Assembly: GCA_051942205.1 (NCBI GenBank)
Contig: JAVECO010000046.1
Span: 1 to 64,000, forward strand
Source: Coniocarpon cinnabarinum
Lineage: Eukaryota
Direction of reading: 5' to 3'
DNA: 64,000 bases
The translations under genes and the position numbers were made by a program. The notes beneath the pieces were generated by a model. That model worked only from the letters and a program-made list of their open reading frames with translations. It did not search any database and was not told the origin of the DNA. Below are positions 59,606 through 64,000 of this stretch, piece by piece (position 1 is the stretch's first letter; the number at the start of each line of letters is the position of its first letter).

Positions 59606-60311
59606 CGATCCCCTATCTGCGCGGCATGGGGGCGAATGCCAACGCTAGCCTACGCTGGACAAGCCCTAAACTTTAGGGCTACACGCCCTACGAATCCGGC
59701 AAACGACCCGCTCAGTTGTCGAACGCGTGCAGCCAGAGTCACGAGACTGATGGAGCTGGAGTGTACTTACTGCTCTCACTATGCACTGCTTTGGCTCAGC
59801 AGCCTTCCGTCTCTCTCTGCAATGTGCAAATATGCATCGACATGGGGGCTCCATCAGTGTTGCCCTTTCGACGGGTGTGTCCGCTGCCATGACGCGTCTC
59901 AGCCATCGCGTCGTATGTATGCCTCTCACCGGCAGCTTCTCTGCCTGCCAGCTGTGCACCTTAATCTAACTTGTTATTACCATACTCGCATGAGTTTGCT
60001 GTCAGTCTTGTGCGTTCAGCGACTCTGCTGATGCTCCCAAGACCATTCTGGCAAGTCCATCACCACCAGTTGATGTGATCGATTGTCTCACCGCCTGCTC
60101 GAAGCGTTCGGACACGTCCGTGTCCCAGCCGTGCTCAATGTTCAGTGTTTGCTATCTCTCGTCATGATCCTTTCCCACATCTGCAATCGTACCGCCTTTC
60201 CTCTCCATCTTTGACAATCCCCAAAAACAAGCTCCTGCTCAATAGCTTCTTCACGCTTGTCATGCTCTTCTGCCATCTCCGGCGTTGATTGTTACTGATT
60301 TGGAAGACGCC

Positions 60312-63300
60312 ATGGCAGGCGCCACACCAAATGACGAAAATTATGTTCACGCCTTGTCGGACTGGTATGCGAGTCTTTCCTAAATCGCTGTTTCTTCTGT
60401 CTATTCACACGAATGCAATTAGGTACGACAAACTGCCTGCTCGTCACGTCGACCTCATTGGCGACTATGCTGGATCTGAGCTCTTCGTCATCGAAGGCGA
60501 TTCTCTACTGAGACACTGTCTATCTCAACCCGAGTTAGACTTCCAAGGTTTGTGACTGACAGCTTCACTGATGTGTCGTTGTTTCACTGACGACCCGCAT
60601 TCTCCAGATGGATTTCAACTCCTGCACGCTACTTACATCGTTGAGAAGCTCCTCCAAGGGCTACTGGAGCGGAAATGCGTCTTTCACATCGTCTTTTTCG
60701 AGCAACATGCCTCGCACTGCGTCTCGCCCCACTCCTCTCCTAGTAATCGTTTTAAGTATATGCTGGCGAGAGCTTTAATTCTGCGCCACTTGCGAGCACA
60801 CATGCCTACGGCGCACCCCGATGTCAAGATCATGACTTTCCAATCCCTTCAGAGCGAAGAGTTCACCCGCTATTTTTCAGAGAGTGGTGCTTACTTCGTC
60901 ATGTGTCATGATGGCGCTGCCGTCTCTTCTCCAATAGTGGACACCGAATTGGAAGAACAGAAAAGCATAAAGCACTCTATGCGGTCGACCATTGCCTTCT
61001 TCCTTGGGGAAGGATTCAACGTGGCGCTGATCAATGGATTGCGCTTCCAAGACACCAAGGCATGTGTGGGATCACTCACTATTTGCGGCTTGACTAACCA
61101 ATGCAAATCAGGTGTGGACTCTAGTGTTAGAGAGCTCAAAGCGTGCGCCGGTCCCACTCGCAATCGATCACGCGATACAGAACTCACAGCCAGAGGTCCT
61201 GCAAGATCATTCAAGCATTGGCTTACCTGAATATGACGCTCAGAAAGCAAAGATGATTGCATCTGAGTCAGACCTTCTCACCACTCTGAGCCTGCGCAAC
61301 CTGCACTCCAGCGGGAAGACAAATCCCAATTGCGAGCGTGCATTACTACTACACGCAGCACTCAAGAGTACTTACCCATTAGATGCGCGCCTCACCCGTG
61401 ATGTGAAACCTTTCAGCTCGGAACAGCACGAGTGGTTGGATGTGCTGTGTGGCATTGCGGCGAGAATCGTTAGTTGTCCTGAGTGGGAGACGCTTGTACG
61501 AGAGACTGGATGTGACTGTGATGTGGCTGACTTTATTGACGGTCTTCTTCTCGCAACCGTGAGCGACCGGATGCACGAAGGTCCTCCGACGACTACTCTA
61601 GGAGCTGCACAACGATCAGCGTATGTGAGCTTGTGCTCCATGGTTGACTTATCTCCACACAAGCCGCAGCCAAATGGGGACATCATGCGGCGAGGAAAGG
61701 CTGAAACGCCGGCGTCCCAGGCTCGTGGCAAAGATATGATATCGGAAGTGAAGCTGTTACCGTTCAGCAATCTTGTCTTCGACCATCATTTGACATCAAT
61801 CCGGATCAAAGTCGACGAGAAAGCCAAGGAGCGCGCCGATCGAACAAGTGATCAAATTTTCAGAGAGCTTTCACACTGGCACAACACGAAGCCTGTTCAG
61901 GCCAAGAAATCGGCAGCACCTGTGGACCCAAAGGCACGTGAACGGGCTCTCAGACGAGAACAGTTCTTCATGAAGGACCTGACGACGTACGCTGCTAGTC
62001 TTACAAATGCAACTGGGAAGATGCTCGAGCCGGAGATTATGATTGTAAAGAAACGAGGAGCCGGAGTCAAAGATCCGAAGGAGAAGGCTAAACCGGAGAA
62101 CGTTAAGCCTGGTAAAGCTAGTCAGGCCCAAAAGTCGAACGCAAAAGGTGCTGGCAAACAGAAGATCATGCAAGAGATAGAAGCCAGTCGAGTGCAGAAG
62201 GAGAAACAGACAGGAGAAAAGTATGTCAATGCCTGGCGAACACAGCATCGCGCGCTGCAGTCCGAGAAGGATGCATCTCTTCGTTATGAAAAGACCCAAA
62301 AGTTCCTCAACAGTCTATCCACAGACAGTAGGAAAGCTGTCGGAACAGAAATCCAGCTGTACATGCTGGACATCTTGCTGAGAATTTGGCTTGAAATTTG
62401 CAAGAGAAAGTCTCAAAACAGCAGCATGCATGTTGCTGCACTTGTGTGGCATCGTATTCAGTCAGTTATAAGCCGACCAGAATATGTCAGTCCGCACATC
62501 ATGTCCCTTGTGAGCCGCACATGCCAAATACTTGGCTTTCCCCCGCCAGCTGCGGACCCATGTACTGAAGATAGAGAGCTTTTGTTTGATTTTGTTTTCA
62601 GCGGGCCTCGCCTTACCCAGGAACTGGACGTCGTTGTTACCCAAGATGCGCGAGAATTCCAGCTGGAGCATTGCGGACCGTACATGGAGCGCAGCATCGA
62701 TTCTGCAGCGGACAAGCGAACTGGCGGCAGGTTTGATCCTGACCGCTGGCAGCGGGACGTGCTGGATGCGATTGACGACGAGAAGAGTTTGTTCGTTGTG
62801 GCTCCGACCAGTGCCGGCAAGACTTTTATCAGCTTCTATGCCATGCGCAAGATCCTCGAGCAAGATGACGATGGAGTCATCATCTACGTGGCACCGACGA
62901 AGGCGCTGGTGAACCAGATCGCCGCAGAGGTACAGGCAAATTTCGCCAAATCTTACTCGTACGGCGCGAAATCTGTGTGGGCCATGCACACAAGAGATTA
63001 TCGGATCAACTCTCCAATGGGATGCCAAGTCCTGGTGACTGTTCCACATATACTTCAGATCATGTTGCTGAGCCCTGCCAACGCAGCCTCCTGGTCACCA
63101 AAGGTCAAACGCATCATCTTCGATGAAATACACTCCATCGGCCAAGCTGAAGATGGTATTGTATGGGAGCAGCTCCTTTTGATTGCTCCATGTCCTATCA
63201 TTGCTCTTTCTGCGACTGTGGGGAACCCGGATGAATTTAGTGACTGGCTCCAGTCGACACAGAAGTCGGTTGGCAATGAGCTTGTGGTCATCCAGCATCC

Positions 63301-64000
63301 GCATCGGTACAGTGATCTCAGAAAGTACACGTATCTGCCTCGAAAAGATACTCCTCTGGAACAATTACCAGACATTGACGCATTCGGGGAACTCGGTTTG
63401 GACAAAGATGAGAAAGCTTTTGCCGTCATGCATCCTGTGTCAACCTTGGTGAACAAGTCTCGCGGCGTTCCCGCAGACTTTAGTCTCGAGCCGCGCGAAT
63501 GTCTGGCGCTGTGGAAGGCAATGAAGAAAGCAGAAACTCCAGAATATCAAGTTGATGAGAATCTATCGCCTTTGACCTTCTTCGGCGACATCATCCGCAA
63601 AAAAGACGTGCACCTATGGGAAGCAAAGTTGAAAGACTTGTTGAAGCGGTGGATGTCTGACTCCTCATCGCCTTTTGATAATGTGTTCGAGCAATTGACT
63701 CATTCTGTTCACCCCGACACGCTTTCGAAGGCTGGTAACGGTCAGGAAAGTGACGAAGCAGGCTGGAGTGGCATTACCGACAGTGCTCTACCCTTGCTGT
63801 TTGCACTCCACGCAAGAGACGCGCTGCCAGCAATTCTTTTCAACTATGATCGAGGCTTCTGCGAGAAGATTGGTTTTCACGTCCTCGAGCAGTTACAGCA
63901 AGCAGAGCGCTCGTACAAAGAAAATAACCCAAGCTGGAAGCGCAAGATGGAGCGTTGGAATGAGTGGCAAAAATTGAAAGCAAGCAAGGTCAAACCTGCA
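60312..64000 (+). CDS. DDX60-like Ski2-family DExH RNA helicase (continues beyond window)
   Basis: Exons from MAGATPNDENYVHALSDW|YDKLPARHVDLIGDYAGSELFVIEGDSL...; long exon open from 61112 to the edge with PDRWQRDVLD, APTSAGKTF, YVAPTKALVNQ, IIFDEIH, LSATVGNP and RYSDLRK. Confidence 0.93.

Noticed and set aside
13484..64000. XRN1 plus DDX60-like helicase as an RNA-defence island
   Set aside because: They are 43 kb apart with many unrelated housekeeping genes between them.

Overview
Gene-dense window of a filamentous ascomycete (Pezizomycotina) genome, judged from short GT-AG introns with CTRAC branch sites, Zn2Cys6 regulators and an AA9 LPMO. About 20 protein-coding genes are supported: SPC3 (runs off the left edge), two Zn2Cys6 transcription factors, XRN1, nmrA, glycogen synthase, a GT31 glycosyltransferase, a three-gene DAK-kinase / RpiB-isomerase / atypical TIM-isomerase cluster, a PEP2/SnoaL-like protein, a Trk K+ transporter, a Ser/Thr-rich single-pass membrane protein, a secreted DUF4185-like protein, KDM5, SLX1, thymidylate kinase, a secreted BBE-like flavoprotein, an AA9 LPMO and a DDX60-like helicase (runs off the right edge). 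Most notable: (1) the DAK/RpiB/TIM trio matches the enzyme set for erythrulose (erythritol/threitol) catabolism; (2) a ~2.8 kb non-coding island (10.2-13.1 kb) built from at least five unrelated minisatellites, ending in a CACTA-type terminus preceded by six fixed-spacing inverted motifs; (3) a cluster of TGACAGCTGTCA palindromes; (4) an LPMO next to a secreted flavo-oxidase. No tRNA, rRNA or CRISPR array was recognised. All family calls come from motif recognition by eye, not from database searches, and exon boundaries were read manually.
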